A stretch of DNA of 64,000 bases from Octopus sinensis (GCF_006345805.1 NC_042999.1:78926001-78990000), one strand, 5' to 3'; positions 10,542-24,313 are shown, counted from the stretch's first letter. The notes: generated by a model from the sequence alone, not told the origin. Program-made: numbers and translations.

Positions 10542-13400
10542 TCAAGAGGAGGGGGCTGTGTTAAGTCCGTGGGGGTGGTAGGGTGTGGTTTAGTTTGTAG
10601 GGTGAAGATGTAGCGTTGCTCCAAGTGGAGCCTGGAAAGTGGGCGACCATTGTGGGGGCGAGACCAAACACTGAGATGTCATCTAGGGAATGGCCGGCCG
10701 AGCGGAAGTGGCGTGCGACGGGAGAAAAAGAGTGTAGGCGAACGTCCCTGAAGTGTTCAGTGAAACGGTCGGACAACCGGCTTCCCGTCTGTCCTACATA
10801 CAGCATCCCGCATAGGTTGCATTTAATGCAGTAAATAAGGCCAGACGAGGTGCACGTAAAAGAGTGCCTAATGCGTACAGTATGCTGGTTGGAGCCGGTG
10901 ACAGCGGTGGTGTTGGTGATGAAGGGGCAAGTGTTGCAGCGGGATCTAGAGCAAGGGAATGATCCGTGTGGGGCTGAGGGGGAAGGAGAGAGGGTGCTGT
11001 GGACCAGGAGGTCACGCAGATTGCGGGCTCGTTTTAAAGAGGACAGGGGTGGGTTAGGGAAAATGGGGCGGGTGGTGGGATCAAGCTGGAGGCGACGGAA
11101 GGCACGTAGTATCTTGCGACGAAGGGGTAGGGTAGAGGGGTGGAAAAGGAGGGGGAAGGGGTGCGGTGGGGGGTGGGCGGGGGGAAGGAGACAGGGCGGG
11201 GTAGTGCGGTCGATGCGACGGGCGCGGGTGAGGGCATCAGAGAGGAGTATGGGTGGGTAACCTCGGAGTCTGAACATGCGGGCCAGGTATTGAGATTGGG
11301 TCTCGAAATCCTGGTCGCGGCTGCACAAACGTCGGAGGCGGAGGAGGAACTGGGAGTAGGGGATGGCTCGTTTGGTGTGGAAGGGGTGGGAGGAAGAGAA
11401 GTGAGATAGAGGTGGGAATCCGTAGGTTTAAAAAAGAAGCGGTGGTGGTGAGAGAGTTGGAGGGGTGATCGATGCGGAGAGAGATGTCAAGGAAGTTGAC
11501 AGAGGTGTTGGAGATGGTGGAGGTGAATTGAAGAGAGGGGTGAAAGTTGGAAAGGAAAGAGATGAATTGGCAGAGAAGTTCACGGGAAAGGGAGGTGGCG
11601 TGGCACCTACGCAGTCGTCGATATAGCGACCGTATAGTTCGGGGGTCGGCCCAGAGAACTGGGAGAACACTTGGGCCTCAATGTAGCCAAGAAAGAGATT
11701 GGCGAAATTGGGGCCCATCCTAGTTCCCATCGCGACCCCGGACACCTGTTGGTACGTTTCCCTGCCGGCGAACGTGAAGCAATTGAGGGTGAGGACGAGC
11801 TCAGCCAAACGGAGAAGGGTGGGGGTGCTGGGGGTGGGGTCGGGACGACGGTCGAGGAAGTGTTGGAGGGCTAGGAGACCGTCATTGTGGGGAATCACTG
11901 TGAACAGGGATTTTACATCTAAAGTGAAGAGGAGGTGTGAGGGGCTGGAAGGGAAGGAAAAGGAATTGAAGAGACGGAGGGCGTGGTGTGGTTGGTCGTG
12001 TATGTGGGATGGGAGGGCTGCGACTAAGGGGGACAGGATGCGGTCGAGGTATATAGGGTGATGAGTTCAGTGGGGCAATTACAGGCAGAGACTATGGGAC
12101 GGCCAGGTTAGAGGGTTTATGGATCTTGGGAAGGAAGTAGATGGTGGAGGTGCGGGGTGTGCGGACGATGAGGTTGGTGGCGGTGAGGGGGAGAGCGGAG
12201 GAGGAGATGAGGTCGCGGATGGTGGAGGACGCTTGCTGTTGGTAGGAGGAGGTGGGATCGGAGGGGAGGAGGCGATAGAAGAGGGGATTTTGAAGCTGGT
12301 TGAGCGCTTCCTCCCTCTATAGGTCCGCGCGCCACACTACCACTGACCCGCCTTTGTCCGCCGGTTTGATGACAATGTCATCACGACGGCGGAGGTGGCG
12401 AAGGACAATGGATTCGGCCCGAGTGAGGTTGGCTCGGCGGGGTCTTGGTTCAAAGTTGAAACGGTGGACCAAAGCGTTGCAGTCATGTACAAACGAATCT
12501 AGGCTACTGAAAAGGCCTGGGGGCGGCGTCCAGATGGATGGACGACGCCCCAGCTCCAAAAGGCAATCCTGATTATTGTGACGCTGCGGGGACGCGTGGT
12601 AGTATGCGCAAAGTTTGAGGCGGCGCAGGAACAGGTTGACGTCCGCCCGAGTCTCGAACTCATCACAGTGGCGCGTGAGTGGCGTGAAGCGGAGACCCTT
12701 ACTGAGGAGGAGCGCTCAGCGGCAGAGAGGGGAAGGTTGGGGGTATAGTGACAACAGCGCGAGGAAGCGGGTGGTGGGAGGACTAGGGGCAGGCGGAGGG
12801 GGTGCAGGGTGTGAAGGGGAGGGTAGGGGTGGTTGGGTGAAGATGGGTTAGGCGTAGGAAGGTCACGGTGGGGGGTGGTGGGTCCGTGGAAGGGTGGGGT
12901 AGGTGCGAAGGAGGGGGGAACAGTGGGGGAGGATGGGAAGAGGTGAGGTGTTGAGGAGGAGGTGGAGTTTTTTGTTTTTTGTGTGTGTGAGTGTAGTTGT
13001 AGAGTTGGTGGTTGAGATTAAGAATGAAGCGGAGGATAGGTTGGGTGAAGAGTGGAGGGCAGAGGGTGGAGAGAAGGAGGTAGGCCTGGGGAAGTTGATG
13101 GTCGAGGGAGTCAAGGAGGGGGCGGGTGGAGCGAATGGTGGCGCGGAGGAGGGAGCGGGAGGTACGAGCGAGGGTGGGTTCGATGAGGGGGAGGAATAGG
13201 GGGTAGCGTGGAACTTCAAGAGGAAACCGCGGGGTGTGACATGATGGCGGAGGCACCGGCTAAGAAAGGAAGATGGCTAAATGGCGGGTTTTCTTAAAAA
13301 GCAAGCGGGAAAGTTTTATAGCAGGTGCGGAACATTGTGGGGGGAAGAACGCGAGGTAGCGGCTGAGGAGGGATTGAAGGTGTGTGGACGAACGAGTGCA
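10542..13400 (-). CDS. PLE polyprotein (N-terminal domain, RT, Zn-finger linker, GIY-YIG endonuclease), broken by several frameshifts
   Basis: Fragments in order: RCLRHHVTPRGFLLKFH; SKGLRFTP..DEF..NLFLRRLKL; IVIKPADKGGSVVVW; FLPKIHK..GRPIVSACNCPTE; LDVKSLFTVIPHNDG; SGVAMGTRMGPNFANLFLGYIE; YGRYIDDCVG; CSRSRCNTC..FTCTSSGLIYCIKCNLCGMLYVGQTG; LEQRYIFTLQT..PHGLNTAPSS-stop (TGA at 10542-10544). The start codon was not determined. Confidence 0.88.
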
Positions 13401-13726
13401 AGTCAGGCATGGTGAGAAGTGGTGGCAAACAGGTAAAGGTGGGTGGTGGCGAAACAGGAAAAAGGAGAGACAACAGGAAACAACAAAAGAAGAAAAAGGG
13501 TGAAGACGGTTTGAAAACAATAGAAAAAGTTTGAAAAAAGTCAGGAAAGAGATTTGAGAGTCAACGGACAGATTAGGTAATGATTTTCAATCACGATAAT
13601 GGCGGTACTCCGGAAGAAGGTTGCAGGTGATCCGTAGGTCAGGAAGAATGGTGACAATAATCCGTAGGTGCAAAAATCCGGGAATTGGTATCCAAGGTAC
13701 AAGGGGTCCGTGTAGGTGCGCAGTGG

Positions 13727-14959
13727 TATAATTTTAATCCAAACGGGAAAACAAAAAAACAACAACAATGGAACAATTACAGTATTATTATTAATAGGCG
13801 CTCAGGAAATGGAAGCAGGAGGGTATGACGTTTCGAGCGGAGCTCTTCGTCGGAAACATAAAGAAGGAAGAGAGAGGAAAGAAAGATCCCAAAGCGGGCA
13901 ACAGGGATAGAGAAAAAAAACGACTGGTGTTTACGAGTTGCACATGGTGAAAAGCGGAAGTTTACGATAACAAGAGCAAAGTAGGTTTTAAAGGCAAAAG
14001 AGTGGAGACAAGGTTGGTAACGCAACAGATGTGTGTGTATGTGTGAGTGTGTGCGTGTGCGTGTTGGTGTATGTGTGTGTGTGAGGCGAGATAAAAAAAC
14101 AAAAATATATGTATGTGTTAGTGTGTGCGTCTGTGTGTAGGCGTGTGAGGTAGGGCGAGACAGTGGTAGGCATAGCAGACACTGGTCAGTAGTAAGAAAA
14201 AGAAGAAGGAGGAAGGGAGGGAGGGGAAGAGGTGGGGGCGTATGTTAGCGTGCCAGCGTGTGTTGAGTAGTAGTGTGTTGTTGTGTCCAGTGTCGTGGTA
14301 GTATTAATGGCGAGTAGATTGAATGTGTGTAAGAGTAATGTATATATTTAAGCAATGTGTGTATATGTGTGCGCGTGTGTGTAACAAAAAGGGGGGGGGT
14401 TAAGGAAAAAGGACTCCAGCTGAGGGGAAGATGGAAGAGTGGTCCCGCGGAGACGGCGTGGGAAAACCCAACGACAAGCGACGGTCTCAGGAACGAGCGG
14501 GAGGTCTCGTCGGGTCCAAGAGCGAGGTGCATGCGGCGCGTATGCGTGCGCGAACCGGCGCAAGCGCGTTGTGCGCGCGCCTGCGAGTATGCGCGTACGT
14601 GTGTATGTGTGTGGATGTGTGAGTGTGTCTGTGTGTATGTCTGGGTGTCAGTGTGTCCGATGAAATGTATGTGAGTATGTGTGTATATATGTGTGTGCAT
14701 AGATGTATGTCCGTGTGTGTGTGTGTGTGTGTATGTGTATGAGTGTGTATGTATGTACGTGTGGGTGTGTGGAAGTGTGTGTATGTGCATGTGTGTGCGC
14801 GTACATACAGGTGTGTGAGTGAGTGTGTGTGTGTATGTATGTGTGAGTGTGTATGTATGTGTGTGTAGGATGCATGTATGTGTATGGGTGTATGTATGTG
14901 TGTGTGTATGTATGTATGTGTACGTGCGTGTGTGTGTGTATGCGTGTAGGTGTGCGCGT
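13727..14959 (-). repeat. 5' pseudo-LTR copy of the PLE (duplicated tail)
   Basis: Direct repeat of 7504-8745; junction ...ggattaaaattata|ccactgcgcacc... leads into the 5' region of the full-length unit. Confidence 0.92.
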
Positions 14960-16022
14960 ATATATACATATACATATATATATATATATTACAAAGAGGG
15001 TAGATATATATAGAGAGAAGTTAATTTCATCATTAAGAACATGATGGTAGTATGTTCGTTCTCTGTCTGTAGATTTTACCATTCAATGTATAAGAATATG
15101 CATTGTCAGCTTAATTGAAAAATTCTATATGTGGCTGAAGATTGCTCGACATTTTAAAACTGATATTTGATAGTTCATTATCACCCTTTATGTTTGGCGA
15201 GCGGTGAGGTCCCTTTTCCCAATATGTCGTATGAAGATAAATTACCAAAGAATCTCTCTTGATACTAAGAATGTATCATAGGCGAATCAACCTGCCGTAG
15301 CTTGCGCTTCTCCAAGAAACAAACCAAGAAAAGTACAATGTCGGCCCAAATGCGACTGGAACTTAAACTCCGCTATCTGCACTTAAACTCTTCTATCAGA
15401 GCCACTTTTAGACTGGCTCCTTCCATCAGCATAAACATAAATAAATAGACTATATGCTCGGTCCACACACGTGAAGCAACACAAGATTTGGTGAGTCATT
15501 AATTAAATCCAAGTAATAGAAAAGATAAAGAAAAACGAAAGAATATAAAAATAAAATGAACTATACCACCACCAACAGCATCGACAGCAGCAAAAAGCAA
15601 CAAGGCCGAACAATTTAGCAGTAGACAGGAAATACACATAAATATACCATGTTCAGCACGAACACTCATACTTTACACACACACACACACATTCACACAC
15701 ATACATACATACATACATGCATACATACATGCATACATACATACATACATACATACGTACAGTGACACAAAATGTTTGTTTGATGAGTTCAACCATGGTA
15801 TTATTATTATTATTATTATTTTTCCCTTCCTGCTAGAGTCCAGTCAATGTTTAAGCGAGTTTGATGGCCGCCGAGGGTGTGTAGATGAGAAATTAATTGA
15901 TGTCAGATAGCCAAGTTGAAGAATAAACATTTTTCTAAGACATAGAAATCCGTATCCATTTCTATAGCTAATACCCATCCACCATTCCACAAAATCTCTA
16001 TCTCCATCTCCCTCTAGTTCTC

Positions 16023-16072
<50 letters not shown>

Positions 16073-16722
16073 AGTCATTTCCTCTTTATATTTTTACATT
16101 CTTGCTATTTTCTTCGTTTGTTTTCTTTGTTTGTTTCTAACTTCCTTTTTCTTATTGACCGTTCTTTCTCTCTCATTCTCTCTCTCTCATTCTCTCACTC
16201 TTCCCCTAAGTCTCTCTCTCTCTGCCTCTCTCTCTCTCTGATACTTCCTTTTCTTTCTTGTTATTAACATTTTTATTATAAACAGCGCAACATATAAAGT
16301 TTCTTGTTTCCAAACCACTGTCATATTTTTTTTCTTTTTTTCACTATTCTTTTGTTTTTGTTTTTACATTTGCAGAACAATTTATACTTATTTGTTTTGG
16401 CAAAAGGTAAGAAAAGGAGGAGAGGAGTTAAATAAAAGGATACGAAAGGAAGGAGTAAGAGGAAATGAATAAAAAGAAAGAAGTGGATGAAAATAAAGGG
16501 TTAATTTCATCGGACAGAAGGGGACAGAAGGTCAACATTAAGTAAAAAGAAAAAAAGGAAGAAAGAAAGGAAGTAATAAATAAGGAGAGAATAAGAAAAA
16601 AGAAAAATAGGGAAAAACTTAATATAAAAAAGCGTTGAAAATCAAAATAATAAAATGCAGAGAATTTAAAATGGTAAACAGTGTTCAGATCTAGCCAACA
16701 CTAACAAGAAAAGTATCTAGAT

Positions 16723-17017
16723 CAGTGGTTTCCAGCCGGGGCCCTATAAGATTTTGGTGGGGTCTACGCAATCAGCATATGAAATTGTAGGCCCACAGTA
16801 GTATATCAAGGGTCCATGAAAAGATTTCCTTTCCATGCTTTCATTATAAGAAATATATTTCTTTCTCTAATGTTCTACATAGTTCAACCTACACAAGTTA
16901 ATGTGCAAGAAACAAAATCTATAAAACTAGTTTCTAAATAACGAATGGCTATGGGGGTCCACTAGAATAAAGTAGTAATCAAAGGGGTCCATAGGTAAAA
17001 ATGGCTGAGAACTACTG
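16723..17017. mobile_element. hAT-like (Charlie-type) non-autonomous element
   Basis: Termini cagtggtttccagcc and ggctgagaactactg are imperfect inverted repeats; internal ggggtcc motifs; no clean TSD. Confidence 0.55.
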
Positions 17018-18185
17018 TCGGAGTGAGGACCAACTAGCCATCCTTAAAGATGACTGATGACATGCATGGTGATTTTGTTTAAAGTGAAGAAGAGTTGCGC
17101 ACAGTGAAATGCATTCCTTTGTCCGTTAACATCTTCAATTCAATGGCAAGACCAGATCCATGTCGTATTTGGTTCACCAACATGTCTTATTTGGTTCATA
17201 TTGTTCTCTGCATTCCACAATGTATTACTGCAGCGAGCTTCCTCTTCGTTAACCATGATGGTATTTTCCGCACTCTGCCGGACCCAGTCTTTACAAGCAT
17301 AGGTAGGCATGCCCCTAATATGCTAATTTAAACTCATAACTGGGACAGGTGTTACAACAACGAGTCAAAGTAAAGCTTGGAACAAATTGGTTAAGAAGTG
17401 ATTCCACGCTCCTCAAAAACCTTAGAACTTCCGAAACACTGCCCCACTACCGAATGCAGTTAAAAGTCAAATCATTGACAAAACCCTTGATACGATATGT
17501 CTGAACAACAACAAAAATAAATATAATAGTCAGAGCTAAAATATCTGTTATTACATAATCATTATATGATTACTCAAATAAGCCTGGCCTCATTTTCTGT
17601 TCCTCTTTCTGTCACATACTCACGCGCGCGTGCACACACACACATACACACACATACATACAACCCATTTTAATCCCGAGTCAAACAACTTTCCTAAAAC
17701 CTCTTCGTTACAATCATTCATTGGTATAGTTATTCGTCATTCAAAATATAGACAAATGAGCAAATATCTGAACAAAACAACCATTCCAAACGGCCTGCTG
17801 GTCTTATTCAGTTGCCAGCATTTCGTTGCATGGTTTTATCAGAGAAACAAGAGTTTTCCGAAACTTGTGTGAGAAAATTGAGGACGAATTAAGCGCCCCC
17901 GGTTTTATTGATCACTACATTATCCTAATAAGTAGAAATACTGGGTCTGACCCCAATATTTTCCAGATAGTAGTGCTATTAATGCAACCACCAGATAGTC
18001 ACATAAAAATCAATCAAAAACTGCTGGCACTTAATTCACCTTTGTGGGTATTGGTAGCATTTACATTTCTCTTTTCATTGTAAACTTAGGCAGCGTGATC
18101 GAAACCAGGACGTCATAACTGCGAAGCGAACTTCTAACCATTCTGTAATACTGTATCTTTATATACACATTCATTGATATATATA

Positions 18186-18218
<33 letters not shown>

Positions 18219-18219
<1 letters not shown>

Positions 18220-18527
18220 GAGGCGCAATGGCCCAGTGGTTAGGGCAGCGGACTCGCGGTCGTAGGATCGCGGTTTCGATTCCCAGACCGAGCGTTGTGA
18301 GTGTTTATTGAGCGGAAACACCCAAAGCTCTACGAGGCTCCGGCATGGGGTGGAGGCGATCCCTACTGTACTCTTTCGCCACAACTTTCTCTCACTCTTT
18401 CTTCTGTTGGCCTGCTCGCTTAGCCAACGGATGGCGTCATTTGAAAGCTAAAAACAATGCGAAGCGCATTGTGGCCAGCGATGTGTAGCAGCATCTGATA
18501 GCCTGGTCGATCACGGTGATCGCGGTG

Positions 18528-18528
<1 letters not shown>
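18219..18528 (+). mobile_element. tRNA-derived SINE (head/core type D, tail Y)
   Basis: ggcgcaatggcccagtggttagggcagcggactcgcggtcgtaggatcgcggtttcgattccc tRNA-like head; core shared with 46990-47358 and 51640-51820; tail shared with 42297-42415. Confidence 0.8.
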
Positions 18529-18562
<34 letters not shown>

Positions 18563-18564
18563 TA

Positions 18565-18890
18565 CAGGAGGTAAATAGATACTTTTAATTTTCAAAATTT
18601 CTGATTTAAGCGTCTTAATATGATTTCAGCGGTGTAGAATTTACAATGTAATCATTCTTTTTCATTCCATGTGCCATTATATTAAACATTTGTGAAGAGT
18701 AACCATGCCACGCTCAAAAATTTCAGCAGAACTGTCAGATTTTCGAAGAGGTTGTATTGTTGGGCAATCTGAAACTGGTCTTAGCCAGCGAAAAATTGCC
18801 GAAAATCTTCAAATTCCTCTTGCTACTGTTAATAGAATTATAGTGCAATTCAAAAGCCAAGGAAAAGAATCAACAGATTTTCGTCGAGGA
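18565..18890 (+). mobile_element. Tc1-like transposon 5' fragment with truncated transposase HTH domain
   Basis: Starts TA|CAGGAGGT...; ORF 18705-18896 [49 protein letters not shown] matches the Tc1 N-terminal paired-like HTH pattern (ELSDFxRGxIVG). Confidence 0.75.
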
Positions 18891-19695
18891 TTTTAAACTT
18901 GGTCTAGAGCCTCTTAAGTAAAGGAACCCGATTCAAAACAAGAAACTGATATATTCCCCGAAATGAAGTAAACCCTTATGTACTTGAGAATAAATTAAAC
19001 GCATCTTGATTGTCTTGGAGACTTCCAATTCACTTGTAGCATTCACACGTTAAGAACCTTTCCGAAAGTGTTCAAGAGTGTTAGCCTCAAATTGATCACT
19101 ACTCTGTCGTACGCACGCGTGCACACACATACGCTCACTGAAACACACAGACACACGCTAACACGTATGCACAGACCTACACTGTAGAAAATATACAGTT
19201 CTTGTTTATAACAAGGACATCTGTCAGATCACCCTCACCTGCCCTCTCATGCCTGTGTTGAACGAGCTAATGACGGGACTCGAACCAATGGAGAAGCTTG
19301 CATTTGGTCAGTTGATCTATTAGGAACTGTTGCGAGAAGTTTTTGAGAAATCATTTTCTACTGTTTTTAAAAAAGAAAAGGCAAAAAATTGAATGATGTA
19401 GTCCTGGGTATACTGTCTTCTAGATTATTGTGCTTGAAAAATAAGACGAAATGGTCACAGATGGAATGTGTTAGATTAGCGCTAACTTAGGATAAAAAAA
19501 ATAAAACAGACCAACAAGAACAATCAGAAACTGTTAGAATGTCGGAGTTGCAGAGGTCAATCCATTATTTGCATTCCTAGAAATTTGAAATGCCCTGAGT
19601 ATCGGACGAGGAAATATAAATGAACGAAAAGAGAAAATTAAACCACAGAGAGAGAGGGTGATACAAACACGCAGTCAGAGAAAAGGGAAGAGAGA

Positions 19696-19746
<51 letters not shown>

Positions 19747-20174
19747 GGGGGAGAAGAAGAAGTGAGACAAAGAAGAAAGGAAGTGTGTATGAAAGACGAG
19801 GCGGGGCGTTGAATGAGTTTCAAAGATACTGTATTCGAATTTGACAGTAAAAACACCATAAAGAGTTCGCTTGTCAACAACTTCGAGTCACGGACTCGTT
19901 TGGTCTCCACATATTTCTACGTCTTATAAAATAAACAGTCCAACCATGGTGTACTCTTGCTCTAACTGGCCCTTCCCCCTTCCAACCACCCTTTTATCAC
20001 TCTCTATTAACCGTCAATCTGCCTCTATGTCTGTTTGGTTTTTCCTTTCAGTGTCCTACTGAGAAATTAACGAAAATAGCGAAATACCCGCGAACGTATC
20101 ATAGCATACCTCCAGGCGCTGTTTGTTGTTGTTGTTGTGTGTGCGCATGACTTGTATATGAGTGTATTTATGTG

Positions 20175-20547
20175 TTTGTGTGTGTAGCTGTGAGGTAAGA
20201 AGCCTACTTCTCAACCACTTGATTCCGGGTTCAGTCCGAGTACGTGGCATTTTGGAGCAAGTGTCTTCTGCTATAGCCTCAAGCTGACCAAAGCCTTGTG
20301 AGTGGATTTGGTAGACAGAAACTGAAAAAAACCTGTCGTATATATGTATATATATGTGGGGGGGGGGTTTACGCGCGCGCGTTTTTGTGTCTGTGTTTGT
20401 TACCCATCACCGTTTGACAACCGGTGTTGGTGTGTTTACGTCCCCGTAACTTAGCTGTTCCGAAAAGGAGTACTGGATGGATTTGTTCTATTAAAACCTT
20501 TCAAGGCATGGTGCTCCAGTATGGCCGCAGCCAAATGACTGAAATGT
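20175..20547 (+). mobile_element. Type-B SINE with internal microsatellite and CR1-like 3' tail
   Basis: Core ttgggcaagtgtcttctgctatagc / ccttgtgagtggatttggtagacgg, tail cagtatggccgcagccaaatgactgaaa. Other copies at 22195-22530(+), 29210-29590(+), 34365-34775(-), 38400-38520(-), 39690-39830(+), 42452-42770(+) and 60425-60725(+). Confidence 0.8.
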
Positions 20548-22086
20548 ATGTATGTATGTATGTATGTATGTATGTATGTATGCATATACCAGCAACATTA
20601 GTTTCTGGTTGTGCCTTAATTTAAGCACATTGTTCCAACACTCACTCCTTCCCAAATCTACATTCTACATAAGAATTTTCAAGATTATCTCTATAGATTT
20701 CCTAAACAATTCCGAGCCAGCACTGCAAGTTACAGCCTTTCGTTTATGAATATTTCTATGAATAAACACTTCGATCGAAGATAGGAAAATGGGTAATAGA
20801 TGTATTTCGTTTTTCTACTATACTGAAGGTCTACGATATTCTCATTTCTAAATTTATCCATATAGATTTTCTACGAATTACTGTGCCCTTGCTAACAGTT
20901 AATACTTATATTGCAGCTATCAGGAATGTGTTTAATATGTAAATCGTTCTATCCAATATTGTTATATCGCTAAACTCAGTGAATATTTAAGCAATGCATT
21001 CATGTATCCAATGCATTGGATGAGGTGCTGAGGAAAGAGCAATAACTCTTGAAATGTGCATGTACATCCACAACCTATATTTTCTATCTACAATCGCATT
21101 GTTGACATATACGTATTCGTATACGAAGCGTTGTAACTTACAGTGTTGGCTAAGAATTCTATGGAAAATTTATATGGCTAAACTTAAAAATGAGAATATC
21201 GTACAGCTTGCACAAGAAAGTAAGGCGCAACATTGACTTGTAAACCTTTAATATATTGGCAGTATATTATGGTTGCAAAACGAAATACTGTGCCCATGCT
21301 AACAATTCGTAAACCCTATATGTGTGTACACTCACACACACACACACATATATATATATTTAAATATTGTGTGTGTTTATATATATATATATATACGCGC
21401 ACGCTCATACACGCACATGTACACACACTTATATAAATATTATTGTCCTCTGATTTAGAAAATAAAAGCAAAAATAAAACAGTTTTTTGTCACATTAACC
21501 GAGGAATACATAACACCACTTGCACCCTCTACTTCCAACTTGAAATTATCATCAAAATTACAAAAACAAATATGAAAACAACAACAACACCACCACCATC
21601 AACGACAAGTAACAACTACAACAATAAATCAATGATAACACAAAATAAAAATAAATTTAAATAAAATCTTGAACTCGACGAAAAATAAACATGATTGATT
21701 AGGTATTATTATTTCAACGTTTCAGGTTTTGCCCTTTTTTTCTGTCACCCGGCATCAACCTCTTCATTTTATTTGCTTTTTTTAGTAGCTTAAAATAACA
21801 TGAACCGTCCCAAATGAGCAATAAAATATAACAAACGGCCTTGTTTTTTCAAAAGTCCGAAACTTCACTTACCTACTAAAATGTATAAATAAATGATTAA
21901 ACATACAAATGAAGGAATGAATGACTGAATGAATAACCGAATGAAAGAATTTAGGAATATGCCCAAATAATATCGCTGGCCTGGTTGTAGCATAGACTGT
22001 AAGGTCAATTCAGCAATACTTTTAGCAACTGAGTCCGTCTTGGTAAACCTTGTCGATGTAGGTTATATTAAACCAAAGTTGCCATA

Positions 22087-22125
<39 letters not shown>

Positions 22126-23478
22126 ACACACACACACACACACACAACACACACACACACACACACACCCAAACGCACCCACACCCACCAACACATACAT
22201 ATACAAGAAACTTGCTTCTCAACCACATGGTCCCGGTTTCAGTCCTACAACGTGGCATCTTGAACTATAGTCACCAGTCGTCACCTTGTGAGTGGATTTG
22301 GTTGATGGAAATTGAAAGCAGACTGTCGTGTGTGTTTGTGTCTTTGTTCTCAACCCCCACCTCTTGACAAGCGGTGTTGGTGTGTTTACGTCTCCGTAAA
22401 TTAGTTGTTCAGCAAAAGGGAGTATCAGGCTTTAAAGAAATTAGCACTGGGGTCGGTTTGCTCGACTGAAATTCTTCAAGGTGGTGCTACAGCATCACCG
22501 CAGTCTAATGAATGAAACAAGTGAAAGATAAAAAATACAAGGTGCGGCAGAAAGGTCGACCTAATTTCAAAGGTTAACATAAAACAAACACAAGAAGATG
22601 CCTAAAAAATCTTTGCATTTCTATGAAGATCATTAAATGCCATTTTTTGTCTGTTTCGGGTAGTATCCACCATGGTCTGGAGTAGAGAGCATCGTGTATT
22701 TGTTAGAAAGACAAAGTTTTTTTTTTTCTTTATCTTCATGTATTTGTGTTTTACTAACCTTTTAAATCGGGACAATCTTTCTGCTGCACCCTGAGGAATT
22801 TCAACCATATTTCGTGGTCTGCTACCACAACAGCTCCTTTATAGGATCCAGTGAGCTCAAGACATCATCTGGAGAAACCACGTCCGGTTTCGGCCCCTAC
22901 TCCGCTACCGTTTTGACGTGGCGCCCCCCCCTTTTCGGAGGTGTCTTCATTTCTGGTGTTGGGTGCATGTCTTCTTTCTCCTTTCTTCTGTTCCCTGGTC
23001 TCTTCGATGTAGCGTCAACGAGTGTCATCACTATATACATCACTATATCGACCTGATTATCAGTCGTTGTTATGCACCGTTAGTCTCAATGAGCTTCTTT
23101 GCATTATTGTAGCTTGCAAATAACGCCATCCGACTGCCTAGGCAGGCAAGCAGGCCAATACACTCCCTGAACGAAAAGCTAGTTTTGCTGCAGAACTTAT
23201 CCATTTACTTACTGTTGAGCAGAGTGGAGCAACGTGAAATGAAGTGTTTTGCTCAAGCACACAACGCACTGTCGGTCTGGTAATCGAAACTAGCTCTTGC
23301 GATTGAAAGTCTAACACTCTAACCACGTTGCCACACATCCTCATACGCGCGGGCGCACGCACACATACACACGCGCACACACACACGTGCGCACACGCAC
23401 ATACATGCACGCATGCACACACACACATACACACAAGCAAACACACACATGCATATATAATATATTATTTATCAGGGA

Positions 23479-23528
<50 letters not shown>

Positions 23529-23560
23529 ATACTTATATATGTATGTGTATGTACGTATCC

Positions 23561-23592
<32 letters not shown>

Positions 23593-23607
23593 ATACACTT
23601 ACATATA

Positions 23608-23790
23608 TTGAGAAAACAATGAACACAAAGAGGAGCAACACGAGAGCGACAACTTTGAACAAATGATGTATTAGTTTAACACCTAAAAGGAAAGGAGAGT
23701 GTTTTGACCTTTCGGATGCAGTGTCCTACATCAGACGAAAAATAGAAAGGAAAATAGTAAACGAACGAGAAAAAGTGATTACACTGTCGG
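23608..23790 (-). mobile_element. Short PLE 3' tail, old
   Basis: Shares atattgagaa and gatgtattagtttaac with 59631-59952; element sense has CTGATGT-A-GGA-cactgca-TCC-GAAA-G-GTC hammerhead-like motif (23701-23740). Confidence 0.55.
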
Positions 23791-24313
23791 AAGTTCTGAC
23801 TGATATCCATTGCACACACACATATACGTGTGCGCGCGCACGTTTGCGTGCGTATGTTTGTGTGTGTGTTTGAATATGTGCATGCATAAATTATGTTACC
23901 TTTTGTAAATGAGGCAAAATCCGAGGGCTCTGAAATGGGCACCAACGATGGTTTGACTACATAACTTTACATAATGGATCAAAAGTGAAGTATTTCAAGA
24001 AAGAGTCGATCTTATTCATTTATTCAACTGCCTACTCACTCATTCTCTCTACCCTCTGCTCAATCACTCAGTTTCGTGGACATTCACTAACTCACTGACT
24101 CACTCACTCAATCATTCCGTCATTCACTTACTCTCCCGCCACTCACTCAATCTCTCAATCACGTGTCACGCATCAATTATCTTCCTCCATTTCCCTCCCT
24201 GTTCCCGTAATTTTTACGAGGGTGTCTGTGCGGCGTTGGTCTCTCTGGTAGAAAGAGCTGCCAAATCTCTCTTAAATCACCCCACCATTGTTTTGGTAAA
24301 TGATACTTTAGAT

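Larger units (their letters stand above)
7504..14959 (-). mobile_element. Near full-length Penelope-like retroelement, Neptune-type (RT + GIY-YIG), partial-tandem structure with pseudo-LTRs, inserted in (TA)n
   Basis: Direct repeats 7504-8745 and 13727-14959 flank an RT-EN coding region; both outer ends abut (TA)n; a hammerhead-shaped motif lies in each repeat. Confidence 0.93.

Noticed and set aside
7504-14959. Interpretation as an LTR retrotransposon because of the long direct repeats
   Set aside because: No TG..CA termini, PBS, gag, protease or integrase. The RT and GIY-YIG motifs are PLE-type and the repeat is a duplicated 3' tail.
17030-17340. 78-aa ORF or possible exon
   Set aside because: No recognisable domain or splice support; a faint TYACKDW similarity to RTE YACETW on the minus strand is too weak to call.
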